This document shows positions 34,161-44,412 of a stretch of 64,000 nt of DNA, piece after piece. Position 1 is the first letter of the stretch. Every line of letters begins with the position of its first letter. Made by a program: the position numbers and the translations under genes. This DNA comes from Pirellulales bacterium. GTDB taxonomy: Bacteria; Planctomycetota; Planctomycetia; Pirellulales; JAEUIK01. The notes beneath the pieces were generated by a model. That model worked only from the letters and a program-made list of their open reading frames with translations. It made no database searches and was not told the origin of the DNA. The DNA is taken from the NCBI GenBank assembly GCA_019745975.1, contig JAIESQ010000006.1:48433-112432 (forward strand). Direction: 5' to 3'.

Positions 34161-35171
34161 ATGGCTATGAACAAACCGAAACGCCGCTGGTGGCCAATTC
34201 ATTTCTGCACGTCGATCGTCAGCGCGTTGGCGCTGGCGCTCGTGACACCGTGGCCGGCACAAGGGGCCGACAAGCCGGTCGAGCCGACGACGGTCGTTTA
34301 CAAACAGGTCGGCGAGACGAAAATCGAGGCCGACGTCTATCCCTGTGAGCATCGCGCCGGCGAGCAACTGCGGCCGGTCGTTGTTCACATTCATGGCGGC
34401 GCGCTGATGATGGGCTCGCGCCGCGGCGTGCCGGGCAACCTGCGCGAGTTCTGCCGAGAGCACGGCTTGGCGCTCGTGTCGATCGACTACCGGCTGGCGC
34501 CCGAGGTGCTGGTGCCCCAGATCATCGAGGACGTGCGCGACGCGTTCCGCTGGGTGCGCGGCGCGAGGGCGAAGCAGTTTGGTTTCGATCCGGCCAAAGT
34601 CGCGGTCACCGGCGGCTCGGCCGGCGGATACCTCACGATGATGACCGGCTGCGCGGTCGAGCCACGCCCCGTGGCGCTGGTGGCCTACTTTGGCTACGGC
34701 GATATCGACGGGCCGTGGCTCACGACGCCCTCAAAGCACTATCGCACGACGGTGCCGCTGGTGGGCGAGGCCGAGGCCCGCGCGGTCGTTGGCGGGCAGG
34801 TGCTCACGGGCGCCGTGCCCGGCGGCAAGGACCGCAAGCAGTTCTATCTGTGGTGTCGACAGAATGGATTCTGGCCGCGCGAGGTGACGGGCTGGGACCC
34901 GGCGCGCGACCGGGACAAGTTCACGCCCTATTGCCCGATCCGCAACCTGGGGTCCGACTATCCGCCGATCCTGATGATTCATGGCACGGCCGACACCGAC
35001 GTGCCGGTCGAGACGTCAAAGGCGATGGCCGAAGCGCTCGCCGAGCGCAAACTGCCGCACGAGTTGATCCTGATCCCGAATGGCGAGCATGGGTTGGGTG
35101 GTGGCGACCCGAAACTGGTGGCCGAAGCGCACCAGCGGGCACTCGAGTTCTTGATGAAGCACTTGGAGTAA
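34161..35171 (+). CDS. Secreted alpha/beta hydrolase (esterase/lipase-like)
   Basis: Signal-like N-terminus, oxyanion HIHGGALMMG, nucleophile elbow GGSAGG, HGTADTDV. Confidence 0.85.
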   Translation: MAMNKPKRRWWPIHFCTSIVSALALALVTPWPAQGADKPVEPTTVVYKQVGETKIEADVYPCEHRAGEQLRPVVVHIHGGALMMGSRRGVPGNLREFCREHGLALVSIDYRLAPEVLVPQIIEDVRDAFRWVRGARAKQFGFDPAKVAVTGGSAGGYLTMMTGCAVEPRPVALVAYFGYGDIDGPWLTTPSKHYRTTVPLVGEAEARAVVGGQVLTGAVPGGKDRKQFYLWCRQNGFWPREVTGWDPARDRDKFTPYCPIRNLGSDYPPILMIHGTADTDVPVETSKAMAEALAERKLPHELILIPNGEHGLGGGDPKLVAEAHQRALEFLMKHLE

Positions 35172-35279
35172 CGGGGGGTGGCACGTCGTCGCGAAGAGTC
35201 TCGCGCAAAGGCGCGAAGGCGCAAAGGATCACGTGTCGGGCGCTCCGCAGAAGGCGCCGGTGATGCAGAGTTCTAGATG

Positions 35280-35678
35280 TCAATGGCGAAACAGCGGTAC
35301 GAGTTCAATGGGCCGCGCGATGAAGGGAACAGCCAAGCCGATTAATTGAAGCGAGTCGGGCGTTTCCTCAACGCGATCCAGCGTGGCGACCACCCACTCG
35401 TAGGGCCGCCGCTCGGATCGGGTCAGTTCGACTAGTCGGTCCACGTAACCTTCGAGAATAAAACTGCCGAGTTGGGCAACGTCGCTGGCGATATAATCGG
35501 GCCAACTTTGCTCACCTCGGCGTCCCGCTAGATCGAAGACTCCGTTGACGTGCGCTCGTCCGACGGTAATACAATACGACAACGCGCCGGCGGCTTCCTT
35601 GACGGGCTGGAGATGGACCCAGACGACGCCGAAGCTAACGGCGGTAGCTCCCACCACGACGGAAGGGTCACGAGTCAT
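35280..35678 (-). CDS. Hypothetical protein
   Basis: 132-aa ORF with protein-like composition. No motif recognised. Confidence 0.5.
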   Translation of the reverse strand: MTRDPSVVVGATAVSFGVVWVHLQPVKEAAGALSYCITVGRAHVNGVFDLAGRRGEQSWPDYIASDVAQLGSFILEGYVDRLVELTRSERRPYEWVVATLDRVEETPDSLQLIGLAVPFIARPIELVPLFRH

Positions 35679-35815
35679 CGCGAGCCACTCTGACTCTTAG
35701 ATCAAGCACTGCTGGACAAGCCAGCAGTGGCACCCGGCGCACAATGTGCAAAGACCTTTGCTCCGCGTACTCCGCGCCTCCGCGTGACAGTGGCATTGCA
35801 ACTCACATGTCCGCG

Positions 35816-36598
35816 TTACTCGGGCATGCGGCCTTCGGCCAGTTCGCGATCCCAGTCGCGCATCAGCGGCCAGTCGGCGGCGCAGGTGCCGAAGTCGGCC
35901 ATGTGCAGATAGCCGCGGACGCGCTCGATCGTGCGGTCCAACAGCGCGTTGTCCTTGCGGAAGATCGGCCCGTGGCTTGGCAGCAGCCACTCGACGTCGC
36001 TGGCCCGGATGCGTTCCAGCGATTTGACGAAGGCCGCGATGTCGCTGCCGTGATGGGCGTCGATCACCCCCACGCAGCCGTCGCGGTAGATGTTGTCGCC
36101 GCTCAACAGCAGGTTGCCCAGCCGGAACGAGAGTTGGCTATCGGTGTGGCCGGGGGTGTGCCAGACTTCGAGGTTTAGACCGCCGACCGTGATGCGATCC
36201 CCTTCGTCGACCAGGTGGTCGAGCTTGACGCTGGGCATATCGAGGTAGATGCCCTGGGCGGCGATCTGGGCGTACGTTTTAACCGGGTCGCTGGTGGCCA
36301 GTGGTTCGGCGGCCAGGCGATGCCCGTAGGTGGGGGCCTTGAGCAGTTGCCGGGCTTTGGCGAGCCCTTGTACGTGATCGACGTCAGCATGCGTGGCCAC
36401 GAGCCCCTTGCAAGCCGAGAGCGGGAAGTCCATCTGCCGGATCAGCTCGACGATTTCTTCGACGGTGTCCTCGAAGCCGATATCGATCAGCAACCATTCG
36501 TTGCGGTCGAAGACCAGGTAGACGTTGCAGCCCAGGCGTTCGCCCGCCTGGTAGTTCAATTCGATGACGTTGGGAAATACGGGCTTCCGCTTGATCAT
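35816..36598 (-). CDS. MBL-fold metallo-hydrolase
   Basis: [11 protein letters not shown] (HxHxDH variant) and WHTPGHT. Start taken at MIKRKPVF. Confidence 0.85.
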   Translation of the reverse strand: MIKRKPVFPNVIELNYQAGERLGCNVYLVFDRNEWLLIDIGFEDTVEEIVELIRQMDFPLSACKGLVATHADVDHVQGLAKARQLLKAPTYGHRLAAEPLATSDPVKTYAQIAAQGIYLDMPSVKLDHLVDEGDRITVGGLNLEVWHTPGHTDSQLSFRLGNLLLSGDNIYRDGCVGVIDAHHGSDIAAFVKSLERIRASDVEWLLPSHGPIFRKDNALLDRTIERVRGYLHMADFGTCAADWPLMRDWDRELAEGRMPE

Positions 36599-36755
36599 GC
36601 GCGTGGGGCCTTCCGTCGAGATAGGAGCTCGAAACGACGCCTGGCGGCGGCGGGGACGATCGTTTGCGATCTCTGGCCGGATTCTAGAATGCCCGCCGCG
36701 CGGCGACAACCGGGCGCGAGGCTTGCGGCCGGAGCACGTTGCAAGTCGATCGGGA

Positions 36756-37676
36756 CTACTGTGCACTGGCAGAGCCAGTGGCACCCGAAGCGCGCTGGCT
36801 CTCAGCGGCGATGATCGCCGCGAGCCCTGCGCGGTACGACGGATACTTGAGCTCGATCTTCAGTTCGCTTCGCAGCCGCGAGCTGTCGATCCGTTTATCT
36901 CCGTCGTTCCGCTCGGCGGCCGGCGAGTCGGCGGGCGGCTCGATGAACCTTGGCGGCGGGCCGCCGGTCAAGCGCGCGACTTCGGCGAAATACTCTGCAC
37001 GCAGCACCGGCTGGCCATCGGAGACGAGATACAAGCGCGGCGGGGGAACGGCTAGCGCTTCGGCGGCGAGGATGACTGCGACCGCGTCGTCGACGTGGAT
37101 CAGGTTCAAGTAACCGTGCCGCGGCGCGGCGACTGGCTGGCCGGCCGCCAGCTCCGCGCGGCGCGGCACGCGACCGGGTCCATACAAGCCGGCCAAGCGC
37201 AAGCGGATCGAGCGCTCGCCCAGCGAGTGCGCGAGGAGCAGTTGTTCGGCGGCCAGCGCCACTTGGCCCCCTTCGCGCGAGGGCTCGCAGGGCGATTCCT
37301 CGTTCACCCAAGCGCCATCGTGCTGACCGTAGACGCCGGTGGTGCTGATGTAGACGAGGCGAGTGGCGTCGGCCGGCAAGCGCCCGAGCACATTGCGCAG
37401 ACCCTCGACGTAAACCTGCTGGCGCGAGTTTTCCAAGCGGCGATCGAAGCCGATCGCATAGAGCACGGTATCAAGCGGCGGCAACTCTGCCAGCGCTACG
37501 AGCGTGTTCGCGTCCGTGACATCAGCGACGATTGGCGCGATCCCCTGCTGGCGCAGGTCGGCGGCGCGCTCTGCACTGCGCGTGACCGCCAGCACGCGGT
37601 CGCCGGCAGCCAGCCAGCGCCGCGCGACGCGGGCACCCAGGTATCCGCAACCGAAGATGAGTTTGGTGGTAGGCAA
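36756..37676 (-). CDS. NAD-dependent epimerase/dehydratase (SDR family)
   Basis: Rossmann N-terminus [30 protein letters not shown]. Confidence 0.85.
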   Translation of the reverse strand: MPTTKLIFGCGYLGARVARRWLAAGDRVLAVTRSAERAADLRQQGIAPIVADVTDANTLVALAELPPLDTVLYAIGFDRRLENSRQQVYVEGLRNVLGRLPADATRLVYISTTGVYGQHDGAWVNEESPCEPSREGGQVALAAEQLLLAHSLGERSIRLRLAGLYGPGRVPRRAELAAGQPVAAPRHGYLNLIHVDDAVAVILAAEALAVPPPRLYLVSDGQPVLRAEYFAEVARLTGGPPPRFIEPPADSPAAERNDGDKRIDSSRLRSELKIELKYPSYRAGLAAIIAAESQRASGATGSASAQ

Positions 37677-37694
37677 GCCGTCACTTCAAGTGCG

Positions 37695-38204
37695 TCAGCG
37701 GTCGTCGAGCGGCTTTAGATCGGTCGAGGCGGTGGGCGTCGCGACCCGCGCGCGCTCGTGCGGCGGCGCTTCGAGCCAGGCGGTCAGCAGCACTTGCGCG
37801 GCGACGGCATCGAGGCGTTTTTTCTGCCGCTTCTTGGTGAAGCCGGCCGGCGCGAGCTGCTCGGTCGCGAAGGTTGTCGAATAGCGCTCGTCAAAAAACT
37901 CGACCGGCACGCTGGTCGTCTCGTGCAGCCAGCGGCCGAACGCGGTGGCTTCGCGCGACTTGGCGCTTTCGTGGCCGTCGAGGTGGACCGGCAGGCCGAC
38001 GACGAACAGCCGCACGCCCTCTTCCTTGACGAGGCGCACGAAGCGAGCGGCGTCGGCCTGGCGACTGACCCGCGTGTAGGTCTCGAGTGGCGAGGCCAAC
38101 GTGCGGCGGCGATCGGTGATGGCGATGCCGATCCGCACGGTGCCGTAATCGATGGCCGCCACGCGGCCCGGCTCGGTGTCGCTTGTGGGGAGCTCGGCGG
38201 TCAT
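37695..38204 (-). CDS. ruvX: Holliday-junction resolvase-like RuvX (YqgF)
   Basis: RVAAIDYGTVRIGIAITD...LFVVGLPVHLDG...SA typical of YqgF. Its ATG overlaps the upstream stop (ATGA). Confidence 0.85.
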   Translation of the reverse strand: MTAELPTSDTEPGRVAAIDYGTVRIGIAITDRRRTLASPLETYTRVSRQADAARFVRLVKEEGVRLFVVGLPVHLDGHESAKSREATAFGRWLHETTSVPVEFFDERYSTTFATEQLAPAGFTKKRQKKRLDAVAAQVLLTAWLEAPPHERARVATPTASTDLKPLDDR

Positions 38205-38788
38205 CGGCTGCCGCGCGTGCCGCACGCGCCGGCGACCGCGCAGCCGGCGCCGCACGATCCACATCCGGCGCCGGTCGCCTCGTCGGTGCCGCAGCCGGGT
38301 CCGCAGCCGGCCGTGACTGTTTCGACGAACCCTCGGAACTGCGCCTTGGCGTCGTAGGCATCAGCCAGCTCGGCGGTGAGCTGGTCGAGTTCGGGCGGCA
38401 TGTCGCCCAGGAAGTAGAAGACGAGCGTCTGGCCGTCGAAGAGGTGTTCGACGTCCAAGAGGACGGTCGGCAACGCGCGCCGCGCGAGTTCGGCGGCGCA
38501 CGACTGGCTGGCGGCCAGGCGGTTGCGCTCGAGACGGGCGGCGAGCAACTCGTCTTCGACCGTCATACCGCGGATGATCGTGCCGTCTACCGCGCTAGCG
38601 CCTGATCCGGCGGCGGGCCCCAACGGCAGAGGAATATCGTCGGGCGGAGCCAAGACGTGCCCGATCTCCAGCCCGCGACGGGTGCGGACGATCACCCGGC
38701 TGCCGCGGGGATAGCGCGCGGCGTCGGCGGAGCCGAACGGGGCAACGTCGGCCATGGCGCCTACGCGAACGAGGTGAACGCCTGTCAT
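38201..38788 (-). CDS. PSP1/RicT-like protein with Cys-rich C-terminal tail
   Basis: VIVRTRRGLEIGHVL... resembles the PSP1 C-terminal domain. The tail TAGCGPGCGTDEATGAGCGSCGAGCAVAGACG contains 7 Cys. Confidence 0.6.
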   Translation of the reverse strand: MTGVHLVRVGAMADVAPFGSADAARYPRGSRVIVRTRRGLEIGHVLAPPDDIPLPLGPAAGSGASAVDGTIIRGMTVEDELLAARLERNRLAASQSCAAELARRALPTVLLDVEHLFDGQTLVFYFLGDMPPELDQLTAELADAYDAKAQFRGFVETVTAGCGPGCGTDEATGAGCGSCGAGCAVAGACGTRGSR

Positions 38789-39015
38789 GGTTATCGAGCT
38801 CGTGAATCCGGGCGGTCGCGCCGCGGAAACATCCTTCTATTTATTGTGACTTCGGCCAGAAGTAGTGCCAAGCTGCGACCGATTTGCTGCTGTGGCCGCA
38901 GGCGGTCGCCTTGTCCGGCCTGCGGGGTTCTGTTGTAATCCTAGGGCTGGCCTCGGCGTCGGCAATCGGGTAACTGACGCGTCAAACCCCTCGGCACGTA
39001 CGAGAAATTGCACTC

Positions 39016-40107
39016 ATGATCGACCGATTGTCGACTAAACGCGAAGCTGCCAGCACGGCCACGACCACGTCGGCCGCAGGCAGTTCGGGAGCGGATCGCT
39101 GGCACGACCTGGCCGATCGGGTGCTGGCCGGACAGCGGCTGACCGAGGACGAGGCGCTGGCGATTCTCGCCTCGCCCGACGACGAATTGATGGACCTGCT
39201 GGCGGCCACCTATCGTGTGCGGCGCCGGCACTTCGGCAACGAGGTGCAGCTTTACTTCTTGATGAACGCCAAGAGCGGGCTCTGCCCCGAAGACTGCTCG
39301 TACTGTTCGCAGTCGAAGGTTTCCGAGGCGGAGATCCCGCGCTACAACCTGCTCGACGAACAGAAGCTGATGGATGGCGCGCGGATCGCCGCCGAGCGTC
39401 AGGCCAAGACGTATTGCATTGTGATCTCGGCCCGCGGCCCGAACGAGCGCGAAGTGGCGACGATCGAGTCGATCGTGCCCAAGATTAAGTCGGCCTACAA
39501 CCTCAAGGTGTGCGCGTGCCTGGGGCTGCTGCGGCCCGATCAGGCGCAGCGTTTGGCGGCGGCCGGGGTCGATCGGGTGAATCACAACCTGAACACGAGC
39601 GAAGCGTATTACGGCGACATTTGCACGACGCACACTTGGCGCGACCGCGTCGGCACGCTCGAAGCGGTGCGCGATGCCGGCATGGAAATGTGCTCGGGCG
39701 GCATCGTCGGCATGGGCGAGCGCGACGCGGACGTGGTCGAGATGGTGTTCGCTTTGCGCGACCTGGGCGTGCACTCGATTCCGATTAACTTCTTGAACGC
39801 CATCCCCGGCACGCCGCTGGCGGGCATCAGCCGCTTGAACCCGCGGTACTGCCTGAAGGTGCTCTGCCTGGCGCGGCTGGCCAACCCCGCGAGCGAGATT
39901 CGCATCGCCGGGGGGCGCGAGTTGCACCTGCGGAGCTTGCAGCCGCTGGGGATGTACGCGGCCAACTCGCTGTTCGTGGGCGACTACCTGACGACCAAAG
40001 GGCAGCCGGCCGAAGACGACTACCGCATGCTCGCCGACATGGGCTTTACGGTCGCGCGAAACCCGGAACCGGGCACAGTGCTGGCAGGATGCTCAAGCGC
40101 GACATAA
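39016..40107 (+). CDS. bioB: Biotin synthase
   Basis: Radical-SAM motif GLCPEDCSYCSQS plus BioB-typical CIVISARGP, NHNLNTS and CSGGIVGMGE. Confidence 0.95.
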   Translation: MIDRLSTKREAASTATTTSAAGSSGADRWHDLADRVLAGQRLTEDEALAILASPDDELMDLLAATYRVRRRHFGNEVQLYFLMNAKSGLCPEDCSYCSQSKVSEAEIPRYNLLDEQKLMDGARIAAERQAKTYCIVISARGPNEREVATIESIVPKIKSAYNLKVCACLGLLRPDQAQRLAAAGVDRVNHNLNTSEAYYGDICTTHTWRDRVGTLEAVRDAGMEMCSGGIVGMGERDADVVEMVFALRDLGVHSIPINFLNAIPGTPLAGISRLNPRYCLKVLCLARLANPASEIRIAGGRELHLRSLQPLGMYAANSLFVGDYLTTKGQPAEDDYRMLADMGFTVARNPEPGTVLAGCSSAT

Positions 40108-40183
40108 CGACGCTGGCCCGGCTTTGGCGGCAATCCGCAAGTGGCCCCCGTCTGGCAGCCGATTCAATTCATCAGGAGTCTGC

Positions 40184-40765
40184 ATGAGCCGAACTTGCTG
40201 CCGCCGAATGGTCCTGCCGCTGCTTTGCGGAGTGTGGCTGGCGGGCAGCGGTGTGACCTCGGCCGAGGAGCTGGCTGGCCGGGTGATCGACATACCTGAC
40301 AGCGACGTGGTGGTGATCCAGTTCGGGACGCAGCAGCGGACTGTGCGGCTGGCGGGGGTCGACGCTCCCGAGATGCCGCAGCCGTACGGTGGCACCGCGC
40401 GGATGGCGCTGGTACGGTGGGCGAGCGGTCGGCAGGCGATCGTCGAAGTCACGCGGCGCGAGCAGGGCGATCGTCTCGAAGGGCGCGTGTTGGTCGACGG
40501 CCGCGATCTGGGGCGCGATCTGGTCGATCAAGGGCTGGCCTGGCGGTTACCGCTGGTGGACGAATCGCGGGCCGGCGACTACAGCCGCGATCTGGCCGCG
40601 GTCGAGCGCATGGCGCGGCGCCGCCATCGCGGACTCTGGTCGCGCAGCAGTCCCCTCCCTCCCTGGCAGTGGCGCGAGCTCGAGGCCGAAGCTCAAGGGA
40701 TCAACGACAGCCAGCTCAATCTGCCCTACGACGTGAATGGCCGGTACGTGCCGAGCAGCCGTTGA
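40184..40765 (+). CDS. Secreted thermonuclease (SNase-like)
   Basis: Signal peptide, then VRLAGVDAPEM...GRVLVDGRDLGRDLVDQGLAW, typical of staphylococcal-nuclease homologues. Confidence 0.8.
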   Translation: MSRTCCRRMVLPLLCGVWLAGSGVTSAEELAGRVIDIPDSDVVVIQFGTQQRTVRLAGVDAPEMPQPYGGTARMALVRWASGRQAIVEVTRREQGDRLEGRVLVDGRDLGRDLVDQGLAWRLPLVDESRAGDYSRDLAAVERMARRRHRGLWSRSSPLPPWQWRELEAEAQGINDSQLNLPYDVNGRYVPSSR

Positions 40766-40801
40766 TGTGACTTGTCCGACCTCGTTGTCCCCCGCGCTCG
40801 T

Positions 40802-41905
40802 ATGACAGCCCCGCTTGTTGCTGATCGGTTTACCTCCACGGGGCTCGAGCGCGCCTGGCAGTTTCTGGCCGACGCCGCGGCGACCGATCGCACGCCAGGG
40901 GTTTCGGCCATCGTCGGCAGTTCGCACGGCGCCAGCGAAGCGTGTTGGTTTGGCCGACAGGGCGTCGCCCCCGAGAGCCCGCCCTTGCGGCGCGACGCGT
41001 TGTATTTGATCGCCAGCCCCACGAAGCCGATTGTCGCGATGGCGGTGATGATGCTCGTCGAAGAGGGGCGCGTGCAGTTAGCCGATCCGGTGTCGGCCTA
41101 CGTGCCGGAGTTCAACTCGCACGGCAAGCGCAACATTACGCTGCTGCATTGCCTGACCCACACCTCGGGCCTGCCAGACATGTTGCCCGACAACGCGCGG
41201 CTGCGCGGGGCGCAAGCGCCGCTGTCGGAGTTTTTGTCGCGGGCGTGCGAATTGAAGCCCGACTTTCTGCCGGGCTTCGACGTGCAGTATCAAAGCCTGG
41301 GCTATCTGCTGCTCGGCGAAGTAGTGCGGCGCGTGACGGGCCGCCGGGTGGGAGAGATGTTGCGCGAGCGCGTCTTCGCACCATTGGAAATGCAGAACAC
41401 GTCGCTGGGGCTCGAAAGTGGCTACGAACGGGTGCCCGAAATCCGCGTCACCGGCGTGCAACTTTCGGGGGCGTCGTACTGGAACGAGCCGTATTGGCGG
41501 CGGCTGGGAGTCCCCTGGGGCGGGGTATTTTCCGATGCCGTCGATCTGGGAAAGCTCTGCCGGCATCTGCTGGGGATTCATCGCGGGGAGCCGGGGATTG
41601 TCAGCCGCACCTCGCTGGAAACGATGACCGCCAACTGGTTCGAGCGCATGCCCGATGTGCCCGAGCGGCATCGTCGCTGTTTTCCCTGGGGCCTGGGGTG
41701 GCAACTGCACTGGCCGGCGCATGCCACGACGTTTGGCGATTTGCTCTCGCCGGCGGCGTACGGTCACTGGGGCTCGACAGGCGTATTGCTGTGGATCGAT
41801 CCGCAGCGCGACGCCTTTGCGGTGGCGCTATCGACCGAGCCGCTGGAGCTGGGGCGCCGCTGGCTGGCGCGATTCACGAGCACGGTGTGCGCGGCGATCG
41901 CGTAG
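40802..41905 (+). CDS. Serine hydrolase (beta-lactamase / PBP family)
   Basis: SxxK motif IASPTKPIVAMAV and YQSLGYLLLGEVV. Start uncertain (TTG 40772 or ATG 40802). Confidence 0.85.
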   Translation: MTAPLVADRFTSTGLERAWQFLADAAATDRTPGVSAIVGSSHGASEACWFGRQGVAPESPPLRRDALYLIASPTKPIVAMAVMMLVEEGRVQLADPVSAYVPEFNSHGKRNITLLHCLTHTSGLPDMLPDNARLRGAQAPLSEFLSRACELKPDFLPGFDVQYQSLGYLLLGEVVRRVTGRRVGEMLRERVFAPLEMQNTSLGLESGYERVPEIRVTGVQLSGASYWNEPYWRRLGVPWGGVFSDAVDLGKLCRHLLGIHRGEPGIVSRTSLETMTANWFERMPDVPERHRRCFPWGLGWQLHWPAHATTFGDLLSPAAYGHWGSTGVLLWIDPQRDAFAVALSTEPLELGRRWLARFTSTVCAAIA

Positions 41906-42410
41906 CCGGCGCAGCGCATCTTCGAGCGCTCAATCTCTTCGCTGGTGTGCCTTGATGGAGTTGCTGCTTCGCTCTGATCGAGCACGCGAGCGCGCACGAT
42001 GTTGTTCGACGGCGCGCCGCGCATGTCGCGCGCCACGCGCGCGATTGAATGACTTCGCAGCGCTGGCGACGAGCAAATTGGCGCGAATCGGCGTCGAAAA
42101 CTTTTTCAAAAAAGTTGCGCGCCAAATGGTGAAATTCTGTTGCACAAATTTGGAGAATCCGTACAACTAACGTCCAAGAGTGATCGGTCAAGTCGCCAGC
42201 GCGCGGCGCGACGACACTCGCCGCGAGTCGTCGGCGAAGCGCGAACGAGAGTCGCAGTGCAGTGGCTGAAACGATCTGACCGTGGCACTCGGGAAGAAAC
42301 GAATGGAGCGTTTTAGTCAAGGGTGAGCATCGTCGGTCGTTGTTCTTCGAGAGTGTTCTCAAGCGACGACCGAGCGAACGTCACCGCGACACTTTTTAGG
42401 AGGATGGACT

Positions 42411-42500
42411 GTGGCAAAGAAGAAGAAGGCCGCCGCGAAGAAGGGTGGAGCGACCAAGAAGAAGGCCGCGAAGAAGAAGACCGCGAAGAAGAAGAAGTAG
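42411..42500 (+). CDS. Lys/Ala-rich micro-protein, 29 aa
   Basis: AGGAGG 7 nt upstream of a GTG. Hand translation MAKKKKAAAKKGGATKKKAAKKKTAKKKK. Confidence 0.45.
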   Translation: MAKKKKAAAKKGGATKKKAAKKKTAKKKK

Positions 42501-42620
42501 CTTCGTGGCGGTCGTCGGATACTGACCGCGTCAACCGCACCGGTGCGAGCGCTTGCGCTGGCCGTGGTTGTGGTGGCCGAACGCGGTCGGCTATCTGCGA
42601 CTTGCTGGCCACAACGAGAA

Positions 42621-42659
42621 AGAGCCGCCTACCGCATTTCGGTGGGCGGCTCTATTTTT
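42621..42659 (+). terminator. Rho-independent terminator
   Basis: 14-bp stem AGAGCCGCCTACCG-CATTT-CGGTGGGCGGCTCT followed by ATTTTT. Confidence 0.8.
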
Positions 42660-42826
42660 GCGCCCCCGGGTGACGGTTCCGCGGCCAGCCGCCCCCTTCC
42701 CAGGGCTTTGCCGGGCCGGGGGTTAGAAGAATTCGCCCAAATTGTTTGACGCGACCACGTCGTTCCGCTAGGCACAGAACCTCGCCCGTTACTGATTTCC
42801 AACCGCTGACCCCTCACCGTTCGTAC

Positions 42827-43903
42827 CTACAAGATCGGCAGCGGCACTGAGGGCGGCGCTTGCTTGTGCCGCGTGCTGATCTCTTTGACGAGCCGGTAGC
42901 ACAACCCCTCGAGAAACGGCGCGCAAGTCGGATCATCGAAGCTGGCGCCGACGCGCCCCTCGTCGCCGTTGACGCGCATCGCGATGTTGATCGGCACTTC
43001 GCCGAGAAAGGGAACGTCGAGCTCGGCGGCCTGCCGCTTCGCCCCGCCGGAACCAAAGATGTCGTACCGCTTGTCGCAGTTGGGGCAGACGAAGTAGCTC
43101 ATGTTCTCGACCATGCCGAGCACGGGAATGTTCACCTTGCGGAACATGGCGATCGCCTTGACGGCGTCGATCAAGGCGACATCTTGCGGAGTGCAAACCA
43201 CTACCGCGCCGGTCAGCGGCAAGAGCTGCGAGAGGGTCAGCGCGATGTCGCCCGTGCCCGGCGGCAAGTCGATGAACAGGTAGTCGAGCTCTCCCCAGTC
43301 GGTGTCGCGCAAGAACTGCGTGATGGCACCGTGCAGCATCGGACCGCGCCAAACGACGGCCTCTCCCGGCGGCACCAGGAAGCCCATCGACATCACCTTG
43401 ACCTCGTCGACCACGATCGGCTGGATCTTCTGGTTGACGATCTCGGGTCGGCGATTGACGCCGATCAAGTGCGGCACGCTCGGTCCGTAGACGTCGGCGT
43501 CCATCAGACCGACTTTGCAGCCCGCACGGCGCAGGCCGTAGGCCAGGCTGGCGGCGATGGTGCTCTTGCCAACACCACCCTTGCCCGAGCCGACGGCCAC
43601 GACGCTCTTGGCGGCCAGGCCGATTTCGCCGAGTCGTTCGGGGGGGCGTTCGTGCGTAGCGAGTTTGACCTGCACGTCGGCCGCGGGAAACTCGCGCTGC
43701 AGGCGTTCGACCAGTTCGGCGCGAGTTTCATTCCAGAGGGGGGCCGCGTGGGTCGTCAGGGCCAACGTGAGCGCGATGCGCCCCCCGCCGACGGCGAGGT
43801 CGCGAACCTGCTCGAGCTTCCAGATGCCGCGGCCGGTCTCGGGGTCTTGAAAGTCGGCCAGCACGCGCTCGACGTCGGCGCGCAAGATCGATACGTCGCT
43901 CAT
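42827..43903 (-). CDS. Mrp/NBP35/ApbC-family Fe-S cluster carrier ATPase
   Basis: Deviant Walker A VGSGKGGVGKST, N-terminal DUF59-like region, CPNC motif (FVCPNCDKRYDIFG). Confidence 0.9.
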   Translation of the reverse strand: MSDVSILRADVERVLADFQDPETGRGIWKLEQVRDLAVGGGRIALTLALTTHAAPLWNETRAELVERLQREFPAADVQVKLATHERPPERLGEIGLAAKSVVAVGSGKGGVGKSTIAASLAYGLRRAGCKVGLMDADVYGPSVPHLIGVNRRPEIVNQKIQPIVVDEVKVMSMGFLVPPGEAVVWRGPMLHGAITQFLRDTDWGELDYLFIDLPPGTGDIALTLSQLLPLTGAVVVCTPQDVALIDAVKAIAMFRKVNIPVLGMVENMSYFVCPNCDKRYDIFGSGGAKRQAAELDVPFLGEVPINIAMRVNGDEGRVGASFDDPTCAPFLEGLCYRLVKEISTRHKQAPPSVPLPIL

Positions 43904-43908
43904 GGAAG

Positions 43909-44412
43909 CTATTCCTCGGCTTGCAAAAGGCGGGATGCGCCTCCCCAAGGGAGCGCGTCCAGAATCTGTTGTTCCCAACTGCGGGTCGGGCTTTCCAACT
44001 CAAGACAGTAGTTTTCGAACCAGTCGACCAGGGGCTGCAATTCGCGGACCGACCAGGCGCAAGCCGTCGCGCCGGCCCAACGAGCGGCCGCCTCGACGCC
44101 CCGCTCGGCGCGGCTCCCGGCGACAAAGAGGGCCCGCGCGGGCCAGGTCGCCCGCAGTCGGGCAAGTTGCTCGCAAGTGGAAACCCGATTGTCGCTGGTG
44201 ACTTCGAGCAGGACGCCGGCGGGCCGAAAGCGGTCGATCGTCGCCGGCAGCTCGGCGAGGCGCCGCAGCGAACGCAACAGGGTCACCGTTCGTCGCGAGG
44301 CCTTACTGGGCGGTGACTTGCTCGGCGCGCGGCGCGCTTGCCAGGTCTGCCAGCCGAGTCGCCAACGGTCGGTTTGTTCGCAGACGATCAAGGTTGGGGT
44401 CACGGTCGTCAT
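43909..44412 (-). CDS. Hypothetical protein, 167 aa, translationally coupled to the upstream regulator
   Basis: ATG 44412 overlaps the TGA of 44409..45803 (ATGA). Only the last 167 codons of ORF 43909..45756 look protein-like. Confidence 0.6.
   Translation of the reverse strand: MTTVTPTLIVCEQTDRWRLGWQTWQARRAPSKSPPSKASRRTVTLLRSLRRLAELPATIDRFRPAGVLLEVTSDNRVSTCEQLARLRATWPARALFVAGSRAERGVEAAARWAGATACAWSVRELQPLVDWFENYCLELESPTRSWEQQILDALPWGGASRLLQAEE

Noticed and set aside
33584-34170. Small ORFs 33584..33868 (-) and 33946..34170 (+) at the island junction; possible IS/transposase remnant
   Set aside because: No RBS, no transposase motifs (DDE, HTH) and odd composition. I treat the region as non-coding junction DNA.
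38941-39927. 328-aa minus-strand ORF
   Set aside because: It is antisense to bioB, which carries an unambiguous radical-SAM/BioB signature.
42323-42673. 116-aa Glu/Arg-rich ORF (MDCGKEEEGRREEG...)
   Set aside because: Its ATG abuts the AGGAGG with no spacer and the frame reads straight through the terminator hairpin. The +1 Lys/Ala frame with a 7-nt spacer is the better candidate.
42860-44011. 383-aa plus-strand ORF
   Set aside because: It is antisense to the Mrp/ApbC gene, which has a clear deviant Walker A and CPNC motif.
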